From an uncultured Alteromonadaceae bacterium (GTDB lineage: Bacteria; Pseudomonadota; Gammaproteobacteria; Pseudomonadales; Halieaceae): a stretch of DNA of 64,000 bases. Each line of letters begins with the position of its first letter. Position 1 is the stretch's first letter. The DNA is taken from contig CAJYAI010000007.1 in the NCBI GenBank assembly GCA_913064725.1, positions 9,723-73,722 on the forward strand, written 5' to 3'. The notes under the pieces are model-generated. The model saw nothing but the letters and a program-made list of their open reading frames with translations. It made no database searches and was not told where the DNA came from. A program made the translations under genes and the position numbers. Below are positions 49,335 through 58,710 of the stretch, piece by piece.

Positions 49335-50351
49335 ATGACTGTAGCGTATCCCTTTACGGCGATCGTCGGGCAAGATGATATGAAGCTGGCGCTATCGATA
49401 GCGGCAGTAGATCAAAGTATAGGTGGCGTACTTGTCTTTGGTGAACGCGGAACGGGCAAGTCGACAACGATTCGTGCGCTGGCGCAGCTACTACCCAAGA
49501 TCAGTGCCGTAAAGCACTGTGTTTACAATTGCGATCCAAATGCCCCCATTAAAAACTTGTGCGCATCGTGCCAGTCAACCGATTCTCGGCAAGCCCACAA
49601 GCTACCAATCCCGGTAGTCGATCTACCTCTTGGCGCCACAGAGGACCGTGTTTTGGGCGCACTGGACATCGAAAAAGCCATTCATAGTGGTGAGAAAGCA
49701 TTTCAACCGGGGTTATTAGCGGCCGCTAACCGGGGGTTTCTGTACATTGATGAGGTCAATCTGCTTGAGGATCACATCGTTGACGCGCTGCTTGATGTAG
49801 CCGCGAGTGGTATCAATGTAGTTGAGCGCGAGGGACTCAGTATTCGACACCCCGCTAAATTTGTTCTGGTGGGTAGCGGCAATCCAGAGGAAGGCGAGCT
49901 TCGCCCTCAGTTACTCGATCGTTTCGGTTTGTCACTCGATGTAAGAACGCCTCGAGATATCCCCACCCGTGTGGAAATCATCCAGCTGAGAGATGCCTTC
50001 GATCATGATCCCGAGGGGTTTAATAAACGCTTTGCGCGCAAAGAGGGTGCTTTACGCCGAAAGATCAACGCTGCCCGAAATATCGTTGAGTCTGTCGATG
50101 TTCCACTCGAAGTGCTCGAACAGGCGGCTTCACTTTGCCTGCAATTGGGCACCGACGGGCTACGGGGTGAACTCACACTCATTCGCAGCGCCCGGGCACT
50201 CGCCGCCCTTCAAGGCAAAAATGCTGTCACCCTACAACACCTAAAACACGTCGCCTTGTTCGTTCTGAGACATCGGCTTCGGCGTGATCCAATGGACGAG
50301 TCAAGTGCCGATGCCCGCGTCGAACGCGCAATCGAAGCCACCCTCGCCTGA
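49335..50351 (+). CDS. bchI: magnesium chelatase ATPase subunit I
   Basis: MTVAYPFTAIVGQDDMK N-terminus. Walker A GERGTGKST. Walker B FLYIDEVNLL. ATG at 49335 preceded by GGGGGG. Confidence 0.92.
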   Translation: MTVAYPFTAIVGQDDMKLALSIAAVDQSIGGVLVFGERGTGKSTTIRALAQLLPKISAVKHCVYNCDPNAPIKNLCASCQSTDSRQAHKLPIPVVDLPLGATEDRVLGALDIEKAIHSGEKAFQPGLLAAANRGFLYIDEVNLLEDHIVDALLDVAASGINVVEREGLSIRHPAKFVLVGSGNPEEGELRPQLLDRFGLSLDVRTPRDIPTRVEIIQLRDAFDHDPEGFNKRFARKEGALRRKINAARNIVESVDVPLEVLEQAASLCLQLGTDGLRGELTLIRSARALAALQGKNAVTLQHLKHVALFVLRHRLRRDPMDESSADARVERAIEATLA

Positions 50352-52095
50352 CACCGGCGCCGCCACTCAGTGGCGCGACGCTCAGCTGGCTGCAGCGCTG
50401 ATTGCGGTGTTAGGGCATAGAGGTGGCGGTATTCGGGTCTGTGCTCAACCGGGCCCGGTCCGCGATTATTGGCTTTCGAACCTTGATGGACTTTTGACGC
50501 AACCGGCCAGACGCGTGCCCGGAACAACGCCTACCGAACGCCTTCTGGGTGGCATGGACGTCACCGAAAGTATGAAGCATGGAAAGCCCGTCCTCGCTAT
50601 GGGCGTGCTTGCTGAGTGCCACAATCGCTTTGTCATTCTTCCGATGGCGGAGCGACTCCCAAAAGAATTCAGCGGCCATTGGTGTGGTGCGTTGGATAGA
50701 GGGCAAGTGATTATTGCGCGCGATGGCATTGATCAAATCAGTGACGCGGCCATTACTGTTGTTGCGCTGGATGAAGGCATTGATGAGGAAAGACCACCCT
50801 CAGCCCTTCTGGAGCGCCTGAGCCTAAGTATTAACTTGGATGAGATTAGCATTCGGAGCATCGAAGAACCGATCTTCTCTGCAGGAGAGATTGAAACGGC
50901 ACGCGCTGCCTTGCACACCGTCGCCCTTGATGAGGCCGAAATAACCTTGCTTGCCGAGTTGTCCGCCTCGATGGGAATTCATTCTTCACGGGCACTAAAA
51001 TTTGCCACTGATGTATGCAAAGCATTGTCGTTACTGACCGGTGAGCCCGCAACAGACGATGCTGTCATTCTCCCGCTCATCAGGCTCGTATTTGTTCCCA
51101 AAGCGACACACATACCCGCGCCGCAAATAGAGCCCGATGAACCCGAGCAAATGGCCGAGAAGGAAGAGCAGCCAGAGTCTGAAGACAGTAGCGCGCAGGG
51201 CCCGGATCCTGACGCGGAAAATCTGGTGCAATCGGCCGTCGCCACCCTGCCCGCCGAGTTGCTCACTTTAATGCTCAGAGGAGCTGAAAAAACGAGGCAA
51301 CGCCAAACTAAAAGCGGTACATCGGGCGGGCTGACCCAAGACAAGCATCGTGGCCGTCCGATTGGTACAAGACCGGGCGATATTAAACGCGGTCACAGAA
51401 TCGATATACCGGCCACGCTGCGATCTGCCGCGCCTTTTCAGCGGGCGAGGGCTCAGTGGAGTACCGCAAGTATTGCGAAGACCAGTCTTTACATCGAGCA
51501 ACAGGATGTGCGCGTTAAACGCTTTGAACAGCGAAGATCGAGCGTCATGATCTTTGCCGTAGACGCCTCGGGCAGCAGTGCCTATCAGCGCATGGCTGAA
51601 GCAAAGGGCGCCATCGAACTCTTGCTTGCGGACTGCTACTCGCACCGAACTCAAGTCGCGCTAATCGCGTTTAAGGGAGACGCGGCTGAGATTCTGCTAC
51701 CGCCGACTCGCTCACTTGTCAGAGCCAAACGTACACTGGCTCAGTTGCCCGGCGGTGGTGGCACGCCCATGGCCTCGGCACTTCAACTCCTGCATCAAAT
51801 GGCGCTTACCGTCGCCGCGTCGGGCGCCACACCGAGTTATGTGCTGCTTACCGACGGCGCCGCGAATGTGGCTCGCGATGGCACAAAAAGCCGCAGTGCC
51901 GGTACTGAAGATGCACTGGTCATCGCCAAACGAGTTGCGCAGACCGGCTTCAAAGGCGTATTAGTGGACACTGCAGTCAGGCCCAGTGCTCGCGCTCGCG
52001 AACTCTCAGCAGCACTTATGGCCACCTACTTACCCTTGCCCAATGCGTCAGCGCAGTCGATTAACAACTCCATCCGCGCCCTGCGCCAGGATTGA
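50311..52095 (+). CDS. bchD: magnesium chelatase subunit D
   Basis: AAA-like N-domain. Acidic/Pro-rich linker (PDEPEQMAEKEEQPESED). C-terminal vWA domain with MIDAS motif DASGS. The start is uncertain (ATG 50311 or GTG 50284), and either overlaps bchI. Confidence 0.9.
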   Translation: MPASNAQSKPPSPDTGAATQWRDAQLAAALIAVLGHRGGGIRVCAQPGPVRDYWLSNLDGLLTQPARRVPGTTPTERLLGGMDVTESMKHGKPVLAMGVLAECHNRFVILPMAERLPKEFSGHWCGALDRGQVIIARDGIDQISDAAITVVALDEGIDEERPPSALLERLSLSINLDEISIRSIEEPIFSAGEIETARAALHTVALDEAEITLLAELSASMGIHSSRALKFATDVCKALSLLTGEPATDDAVILPLIRLVFVPKATHIPAPQIEPDEPEQMAEKEEQPESEDSSAQGPDPDAENLVQSAVATLPAELLTLMLRGAEKTRQRQTKSGTSGGLTQDKHRGRPIGTRPGDIKRGHRIDIPATLRSAAPFQRARAQWSTASIAKTSLYIEQQDVRVKRFEQRRSSVMIFAVDASGSSAYQRMAEAKGAIELLLADCYSHRTQVALIAFKGDAAEILLPPTRSLVRAKRTLAQLPGGGGTPMASALQLLHQMALTVAASGATPSYVLLTDGAANVARDGTKSRSAGTEDALVIAKRVAQTGFKGVLVDTAVRPSARARELSAALMATYLPLPNASAQSINNSIRALRQD

Positions 52096-52102
52096 TTGCA
52101 GC

Positions 52103-52966
52103 ATGGGTCCTGAGCGTCTACCCAACGACTGGCCACTTCGAGCCCATAGTCGATTTATCGAATGCTCCGGGATCGTGTGGCATACGCAATGCGTCGGCAA
52201 CGGCCCTGTCGTGCTCCTACTGCACGGTACTGGCTCCTCCACACACTCAATGGCGGGACTTGCAGAGCAGTTGAAGTCCGATTTCACCTGCCTGTTAATC
52301 GATTTGCCCGGGCAGGGCTTTACCTACCCACTCAGCGAGCATAAACACCTGCTTTCTGCGATGGCTCAGGCTGTCTACGAGTTATGCATGACGCTCGATT
52401 TACCCCCCGAGTATATTATTGGACACTCAGCAGGCGCCGCAGTCGGCATTCGAATGTGCCTCGATACTGCAACCAATCCAAAAGGTCTTATGTCTATTAA
52501 TGGTGCGCTGCTACCATTTGGCGCCTTTATCGAACCTATTATGCTCAAAACAGCAAGGGCTCTGAGTCGCTCGTCGCGTATCACGCAATTCTTAGCACAA
52601 CGAGGTACAGGACAATCGGATGTAAGAAGAGCGCTACGCGATACAGGCGCCACCATTTCCGAGCCTATGATCGAGCGCTATAAAACCCTGATTTCTCAGC
52701 CAGAACACATCGAGGGTACACTCAGAATGATGGGCGGCTGGGAGCTCGGACAACTTGCCAAGGATCTCCCCAAAGTGGGCGTCAGAGTGCACCTCATTGG
52801 CTGCGCGCAAGACCATATTGTCCCCGCGGTGCGAGCACACCGAGCGACAAAAGACATACCCAACGCAACAGCCACCACGCTCCATCAAGCCGGACATTTG
52901 ATCCACGAGGCCGAACCCGAGCGAATATCGAACGAATTCACGCGCTTTGTAGAATCAATGAATTAA
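52103..52966 (+). CDS. bchO: alpha/beta hydrolase at the BchO position of the PGC
   Basis: GHSAG nucleophile elbow and HGTGSS oxyanion region. Lies immediately after bchD, as in Rhodobacter. Confidence 0.75.
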   Translation: MGPERLPNDWPLRAHSRFIECSGIVWHTQCVGNGPVVLLLHGTGSSTHSMAGLAEQLKSDFTCLLIDLPGQGFTYPLSEHKHLLSAMAQAVYELCMTLDLPPEYIIGHSAGAAVGIRMCLDTATNPKGLMSINGALLPFGAFIEPIMLKTARALSRSSRITQFLAQRGTGQSDVRRALRDTGATISEPMIERYKTLISQPEHIEGTLRMMGGWELGQLAKDLPKVGVRVHLIGCAQDHIVPAVRAHRATKDIPNATATTLHQAGHLIHEAEPERISNEFTRFVESMN

Positions 52967-52997
52967 CGGGTGTGCAATAGCAAAACCAGTGCTAGAC

Positions 52998-53015
52998 TGT
53001 CTAATAATAGTGACA
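52998..53015. promoter_or_regulatory. TGT-N12-ACA palindrome (PpsR/CrtJ-type site) upstream of crtI
   Basis: TGTctaataatagtgACA, 20 nt upstream of the crtI ATG. Confidence 0.6.
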
Positions 53016-53034
53016 TTCTAGAGCGTCAATAAAA

Positions 53035-54564
53035 ATGAACACTGCGCATCCCGACTTCGACAGAATCAAACAAGCAGAGGCGCACGAAAAGGCCATTGTG
53101 ATTGGCAGCGGCTTTGGCGGTCTGGCATCAGCTATCCGGCTCGCGGCGAAAGGCTACCACGTCACACTTCTCGAAAAACTCGACGCCTTAGGCGGTCGCG
53201 GATACACCTACAAGCAGGACGGCTTTACATTCGACGGTGGCCCCACCATCGTAACCGTGCCCGAACTCTTCGAGGAACTCTGGGAGCTCTGTGGCAAGAC
53301 CATGAGTGATGACGTTGATTTGCGTCTTATGGATCCCTTTTATCGTATCCGCTTCGACGACGGACGCATCTTCGACTACTCCAATGAAAAATCAGAAAAC
53401 TTACGCCAGATCCTAGAATTTAATCCGGCTGACGCCGAGGGATACGAGCGATATCTCAAGGCCAGTGAGGCGCGCCACAAAGTCGGCTTCGCGCTACTCG
53501 ACAAACCCTTTAGCACCTTGAGTCAGCTACTTCGTTTCGCACCGGACCTCGTCCGCTTGCGAGGCGATCAAAGCGTGTATCAGCTGGTATCCAAATACAT
53601 CAAAAACGAGCAGTTGCGGCAGGCCGTCAGTTTTCATCCGCTGCTGATCGGCGGAAACCCGTACACGGCCAGTAGCCTGTATTCGTTGATATCGCACTTA
53701 GAGGTCACTGGTGGTGTGTGGTCAGCGATGGGGGGCACTGGACGTATTATCGAGTCGCTCGGCCATCTGATCCGCGGTCAGGGCAGTGACATCCGGCTCA
53801 ATGCGGAAGTCGATCAGATAACAACTGAAAATCGCAAAGTCACCGGCGTACGCATGAAGTCCGGCGAGCACATTGCAGCCAACCTTGTTATTTCCAATGC
53901 GGATTCGGCTTGGACGTATAAATATCTCCTTTCCGAGACAACTAAGCGTAAGTGGACCGAGCGTAAAATCGACAAAGCACACTACTCAAACGGCTTATTC
54001 GTCTGGTATTTCGGCACTAAAAAAACATACCCAGACATTCCACATCATTCGATCATTTTGGGCCCACGCTACAAAGGCCTACTGACGGATATTTTTAAGC
54101 ACAAAAAACCGACTAAAGATTTTAGCCTTTATTTGCACAGACCAACCGCCACCGACCCATCCATGGCACCGGAGGGCTGCGATGCCTTTTATGCTCTTGT
54201 TCCAGTACCCCATCTAGACTCGGGTACCGACTGGACAACGCATGCCGAAGTCTTCAGACGCGCCGTGGAGAAGCGGCTTGAGGAGACAGGCCTTCCCGGT
54301 CTTGGCGACAATCTGGCAACATCTCTCATGCTAACTCCACTGGATTTCCAGAACAGGTTGAACTCCGTGAAAGGCGCCGGCTTCTCGTTAGAGCCTCGTA
54401 TCACGCAGAGCGCCTACTTTCGACCACACAACAAAAGTGAAGAGGTCGATGGCTTGTATCTGGTCGGAGCAGGCACACATCCGGGAGCCGGCATGCCCGC
54501 CGTACTCTCATCAGCCAAGGTTGTTGACAACCTCATAGAAGCACCCGCCTATGCAAGCCATTAA
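53035..54564 (+). CDS. crtI: phytoene desaturase
   Basis: IVIGSGFGGLASAIRLAAKGYHVTLLEKLDALGGRG FAD fold. 509 aa. C-terminal GAGTHPGAGMP. Confidence 0.9.
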   Translation: MNTAHPDFDRIKQAEAHEKAIVIGSGFGGLASAIRLAAKGYHVTLLEKLDALGGRGYTYKQDGFTFDGGPTIVTVPELFEELWELCGKTMSDDVDLRLMDPFYRIRFDDGRIFDYSNEKSENLRQILEFNPADAEGYERYLKASEARHKVGFALLDKPFSTLSQLLRFAPDLVRLRGDQSVYQLVSKYIKNEQLRQAVSFHPLLIGGNPYTASSLYSLISHLEVTGGVWSAMGGTGRIIESLGHLIRGQGSDIRLNAEVDQITTENRKVTGVRMKSGEHIAANLVISNADSAWTYKYLLSETTKRKWTERKIDKAHYSNGLFVWYFGTKKTYPDIPHHSIILGPRYKGLLTDIFKHKKPTKDFSLYLHRPTATDPSMAPEGCDAFYALVPVPHLDSGTDWTTHAEVFRRAVEKRLEETGLPGLGDNLATSLMLTPLDFQNRLNSVKGAGFSLEPRITQSAYFRPHNKSEEVDGLYLVGAGTHPGAGMPAVLSSAKVVDNLIEAPAYASH

Positions 54565-55603
54565 GTTTTTGCCGACCCCAAGTACGGATATGGGGCTGTG
54601 TAAACAGCAGCTATCCCATGGATCACGCTCATTTTACTTTGCCTCACACTTGCTACCCAAGGTCATGCAACATGCGGCTTGCGGGCTCTATGCCTTTTGT
54701 AGAGAAGCTGACGACATGGTTGACGAGGGAGAGAATCCCCAAAACGCGCTGGATATTCTTCATCACAGACTCGATCGAATCTACGAGGGAAAGCCCTTGT
54801 ATAAGGCAACTGATCGAGTGCTGACGCAAATTGTGCAGACGTACAACATGCCGAGGGAGTTGCTTAACGCGCTGCTAGAGGGCTTTGCCTGGGACGCAGA
54901 AGGCAAGATTTATCACTCTATTGATGATGTCTACGACTACAGCGCCCGAGTTGCAGGTACTGTTGGCGTCATGATGTCGGTGCTCATGGGGGTTCGCGAC
55001 CCGAAAATACTCGCGAGAGCCGCCGATCTTGGAACTGCCATGCAGTTGACCAACATCGCAAGAGATGTTGGCGAGGATGCGCGTCTTGGACGAATTTACC
55101 TGCCATTAGACGAACTGCGAGCCGAGGGCGTCGATCCGGCTCAGATGCTTGCCGATCCAACCTTTAATAGCGGTATCGGCAGGGTAGTCAGACGACTCCT
55201 TGAGCGCGCGGATTGGTTATATCAACGCTCGGATCATGGTATTGCACAGCTTCCTCGCAAATATCAACCCGGCATCAGAGCTGCGAGGAAACTTTACGCT
55301 GCCATAGGTGAAAAAGTGAACGCGCTCGACTGCAATTCGGTTGATCAACGCGCAATCGTTGGAACCAGCAGGAAGTTTGCTCTATTGACCTCGGCAGTTG
55401 CACTTGCTCAGCCGCGCAGTCACGCTCTGGATGCACCTGCCCTACCCCAGAATCAGTTCCTTATTGATGCGGTTGTAACCTCAGGAGCTACCGCCTCTGC
55501 GATTAAGACCGATCCGTTTCGTGTCAGGACACTGTGGATACTCGACTTATTTGAGACTCTTCGAGAACGGGACCGAAACGCGCACCTCGCTCGAACTCGC
55601 TAG
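54551..55603 (+). CDS. crtB: phytoene synthase
   Basis: Asp-rich motifs YAFCREADDMVDE and ARDVGEDARLGRIYLP. Overlaps crtI by 14 nt. Confidence 0.9.
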   Translation: MQAIKFLPTPSTDMGLCKQQLSHGSRSFYFASHLLPKVMQHAACGLYAFCREADDMVDEGENPQNALDILHHRLDRIYEGKPLYKATDRVLTQIVQTYNMPRELLNALLEGFAWDAEGKIYHSIDDVYDYSARVAGTVGVMMSVLMGVRDPKILARAADLGTAMQLTNIARDVGEDARLGRIYLPLDELRAEGVDPAQMLADPTFNSGIGRVVRRLLERADWLYQRSDHGIAQLPRKYQPGIRAARKLYAAIGEKVNALDCNSVDQRAIVGTSRKFALLTSAVALAQPRSHALDAPALPQNQFLIDAVVTSGATASAIKTDPFRVRTLWILDLFETLRERDRNAHLARTR

Positions 55604-56554
55604 ACCGTAAAATATCTTCCTTATCCTGAACGGCAGCAAACGCTGCACCCAGGGCGAGGAGAATCGGTCAAGATCGAGACTCTCATGCATCACACTATTG
55701 CCCGAGGCGTCGTGCAAGTGACTTCGCGTATAGAAGGGAGTGTCTTCCAAGGTTTTATTAACTGTAAACCCCTGGTAGCTCCGGACAGGCCGCGAGACCC
55801 GCCAAATGGGACCCATCTGAAGATCGCGGCGAGGCGGGGAATGCTCCGACGCCATACCGTTCTTTGCGCCTCCAAATAATGTCATCAAACACGTCTCACC
55901 GTCTCGACCATGAGCCTCGTAAACGATTCGGCAATTGTCAGCACCCATGTCAGCTCTCGACCAATGCCAGTTAACAAATGTTTTTTCCAGCGGAACCGTA
56001 CCGCCGTTACTGTCGACATAACCGTTTCCGCTCCAATTCACATTCGGCGCAGTGAGGTCCACATGAATTTTGGCAGCCGGAGCGATGGGCCACCAACGAT
56101 GCTCCCCTGCGCAGTGCAGCGAGTAACACTCATCGGTTCGAGCAGGCATCTCAACCACCACCTTCCCTTTAATTGATCGCCTGAACGGCGCTGATCGCTC
56201 ATCTAAGTCAATGGTCAGAGCACTGCCGTCAAAGGACATCGAAGACGGGCCGATGACCAAACTACTGGATGTCGTTTGAAGATCGCGGGACTGACGCTCA
56301 GTCATAGCCCAGTACTTCCGACCGCGCTCATAAAACACCGCATTAACGCAAACAAAATCACGCGGATCGGCCTCACCTTTGCGCCTAGCACTCGCATAAA
56401 ACGGTGAAAATACTGAGCCTATAAAGAAGATCAGCGTAACGCCATGTGAGCCACAATCGCTAAACCCATCGACATACCACCACCGGTAACCATTTTTGGC
56501 GACCGGCAGATCAAAGCCCAAACCATCCGACTTTGATAACAGCGTTTGTTCCAT
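55547..56554 (-). CDS. crtC: carotenoid 1,2-hydratase (hydroxyneurosporene synthase)
   Basis: GYRWWYVDG N-terminal motif and LLPFR near the C-terminus. ATG complement 56554 preceded by GGGAGA. The ORF-track start at 56590 is TTG. Confidence 0.8.
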   Translation of the reverse strand: MEQTLLSKSDGLGFDLPVAKNGYRWWYVDGFSDCGSHGVTLIFFIGSVFSPFYASARRKGEADPRDFVCVNAVFYERGRKYWAMTERQSRDLQTTSSSLVIGPSSMSFDGSALTIDLDERSAPFRRSIKGKVVVEMPARTDECYSLHCAGEHRWWPIAPAAKIHVDLTAPNVNWSGNGYVDSNGGTVPLEKTFVNWHWSRADMGADNCRIVYEAHGRDGETCLMTLFGGAKNGMASEHSPPRRDLQMGPIWRVSRPVRSYQGFTVNKTLEDTPFYTRSHLHDASGNSVMHESLDLDRFSSPWVQRLLPFRIRKIFYGLASSSEVRVSVPFSKSLK

Positions 56555-56603
56555 AGCAATTCTCCCGCTCTCTGCTTGCAGGGGTTGCAAGATCGGCGTA
56601 GTG

Positions 56604-56621
56604 TGTCAACTAATATAGACA
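56604..56621. promoter_or_regulatory. TGT-N12-ACA palindrome, site 1 in the divergent crtC/crtE region
   Basis: TGTcaactaatatagACA. Confidence 0.6.
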
Positions 56622-56628
56622 AAAATAA

Positions 56629-56646
56629 TGTATAAATAAAACAACA
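56629..56646. promoter_or_regulatory. TGT-N12-ACA palindrome, site 2 in the divergent crtC/crtE region
   Basis: TGTataaataaaacaACA, 7 bp after site 1 and 10 nt before the crtE ATG at 56656. Confidence 0.6.
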
Positions 56647-56655
56647 CTTATCAAA

Positions 56656-57546
56656 ATGGTGATCTGCATGGAAAAAACGCTACTGGATTGCGAGCAATTT
56701 ATTGAAGAAGCGATGGCAGAACACGCCACGGCGCAGTGCCCACCATTGCTTGCACAGGCCCTTAATTATGCGGTCTTTCCGGGGGGCGCTCGAGTCAGGC
56801 CGCAACTCTGCAAAGCGGTGGCACTGGCCAACAACTCCAGCGACACAGGACTGGCTAACGCTGCAGCCACCGCGGTTGAGTTGCTGCACTGCGCATCTTT
56901 GGTCCATGACGACCTACCCTGCTTTGACGACGCCACCCAGAGACGTGGTAAGCCGTCGGTCCACGCTAAGTTTGGAGAGCGCATCGCTGTACTGACGGGC
57001 GATGCATTAATCGTCGCTGCTTTTCAAACACTGTCCGATCACGCTGTTCAAGCCATTCGCACTGAACGAGTACCTCTCGTCACCACAATTATCGCCAGGG
57101 GAGTGGGCGCGCCACACGGCATTTGCGCTGGTCAGGCCTGGGAGTGCGAACGCAGCATCGACTTGTCGCGCTATCACCGCGCTAAAACCGGGGCTCTGTT
57201 CGTCGCGGCAACCTGCGCGGGCGCCGCCTCTGCGGGTGTTGATCCCGGCCCATGGGTGAATCTTGGCGCTAGTATTGGCGAGGCTTACCAGGTCGCTGAT
57301 GACATCAAAGATGCGATTTCCGACGCAGAGACACTCGGCAAACCAACGGGTATTGACGTCAAACTTGACCGCCCTAGCGCTGTGCGAGAGTTGGGACTCG
57401 ATGGGGCTGTGTCAAGACTCAAAGAATGCCTTGAAGCCGGTCTTGATAGTATGCCCGCGTGTGCAGGGCATGACCTATTGCAAAAAATTGTCCGAGCTCA
57501 GGCCAAGCGATTCCTCCCCGAGAAAATGGCGCAAGTTGCCGCCTAA
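56656..57546 (+). CDS. crtE: geranylgeranyl diphosphate synthase
   Basis: First and second Asp-rich motifs LVHDDLPCFDD and QVADDIKD. An alternative ATG lies at 56671. Confidence 0.85.
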   Translation: MVICMEKTLLDCEQFIEEAMAEHATAQCPPLLAQALNYAVFPGGARVRPQLCKAVALANNSSDTGLANAAATAVELLHCASLVHDDLPCFDDATQRRGKPSVHAKFGERIAVLTGDALIVAAFQTLSDHAVQAIRTERVPLVTTIIARGVGAPHGICAGQAWECERSIDLSRYHRAKTGALFVAATCAGAASAGVDPGPWVNLGASIGEAYQVADDIKDAISDAETLGKPTGIDVKLDRPSAVRELGLDGAVSRLKECLEAGLDSMPACAGHDLLQKIVRAQAKRFLPEKMAQVAA

Positions 57547-58700
57547 TGGCCACTAGATCGGCCGCTGATCCGCGCTACGCCGAGCAAAAAGACAGGCCAT
57601 CTAGCTGGTTTGGACGCTTTCTATTGTGGCGTAACAGGCTACTTAGAAGTGGCTCCTTCCAAAAGTGGGCGGCACGACTACCGATCAGTCAATCTATCGC
57701 TCGTACACGCGCGACCGATCTACATCATATCTTGGCTGGTTTTGTTTACTCCCAAACGCTCAGCGCTGCATACAAACTTGGCTTACTTGAGTGCCTGAAA
57801 GATCGTATCGCAACACTCGATGAGATTGCGCACTACTGTGAACTTGAACACGACGCTGCGGCAACACTCGTCAAGGCGGCGACGGCCATCGATTTACTAC
57901 AGAACGTCGACTCGACCAGCTGGACGCTGGGTGAACTAGGCGCGTCGATCCATGGCAATCCGGGTGTTCAGAGCATGTTGAGACATCATGATTTGCTCTA
58001 CCGCGACATGGCGGACCCCGCCAGCTTATTGCGCAGCAGAGACAATGCAGCGCTCCGCGGTTACTGGCCCTATGTAGACGGCAATCACAGCGATCCAGCG
58101 GCGGCAGCGCGTTACAGCGAATTAATGGCCGATTCCCAGCACCTTATCGCAAACCACATTTTAGACACGATCAAGCTAACCGCAGGGCAACGCCTGTTAG
58201 ATTTGGGAGGCGGAACCGGTACCTTTGCTCGACTTGCTGCTGAGCGATTTCCGTATGCCACGACCGCTGTATTCGATTTACCACAGGTGATTGCTTCCAT
58301 CCCGGCAAAACAGCGCGACCACCTCGAAGCGTTTGCCGGAAATATGTTTAAAGACCCTATTCCAAAAACCTTTGACACCATAAGTCTAGTCAGAATCCTT
58401 CACGATCATGACGATCAGCCGATCAATGATTTGCTGGCACGCTGCTTCGACGCACTCCCCGCGGGCGGCGAGCTCATCATCGCTGAGCCAATGGCCGGTA
58501 CGCGCGCGGCAGAATCGATAGGGCATACCTACTTTGGATTTTACCTATGGGCCATGGGCAGCGGTCGGCCGCGAACCAAAACAGAACTGACTTCAGCGCT
58601 CAAACAGGCAGGGTTTCAGTCTGTGAAAGAAAAGCGCACGCATATTCCTGCGCTGGTAAGAGTGCTCGTTGCAAAAAAACCAAATGTCATTTTATATTGA
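57546..58700 (+). CDS. crtF: hydroxyneurosporene / demethylspheroidene O-methyltransferase
   Basis: SAM motif LLDLGGGTGTFA. N-terminal dimerisation/winged-helix region. TAATG junction with crtE. Position before bchC. Confidence 0.8.
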   Translation: MATRSAADPRYAEQKDRPSSWFGRFLLWRNRLLRSGSFQKWAARLPISQSIARTRATDLHHILAGFVYSQTLSAAYKLGLLECLKDRIATLDEIAHYCELEHDAAATLVKAATAIDLLQNVDSTSWTLGELGASIHGNPGVQSMLRHHDLLYRDMADPASLLRSRDNAALRGYWPYVDGNHSDPAAAARYSELMADSQHLIANHILDTIKLTAGQRLLDLGGGTGTFARLAAERFPYATTAVFDLPQVIASIPAKQRDHLEAFAGNMFKDPIPKTFDTISLVRILHDHDDQPINDLLARCFDALPAGGELIIAEPMAGTRAAESIGHTYFGFYLWAMGSGRPRTKTELTSALKQAGFQSVKEKRTHIPALVRVLVAKKPNVILY

Positions 58701-58702
58701 CA
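58685..58702. promoter_or_regulatory. TGT-N12-ACA palindrome, site 1 upstream of bchC (overlaps the crtF stop codon)
   Basis: TGTcattttatattgACA. Confidence 0.65.
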
Positions 58703-58710
58703 CTTTTGTA

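Noticed and set aside
50979-51344. 121-aa antisense ORF inside bchD (and many similar 60-130 aa antisense ORFs across the window)
   Set aside because: These are typical shadow ORFs opposite well-supported genes in moderately GC-rich DNA.
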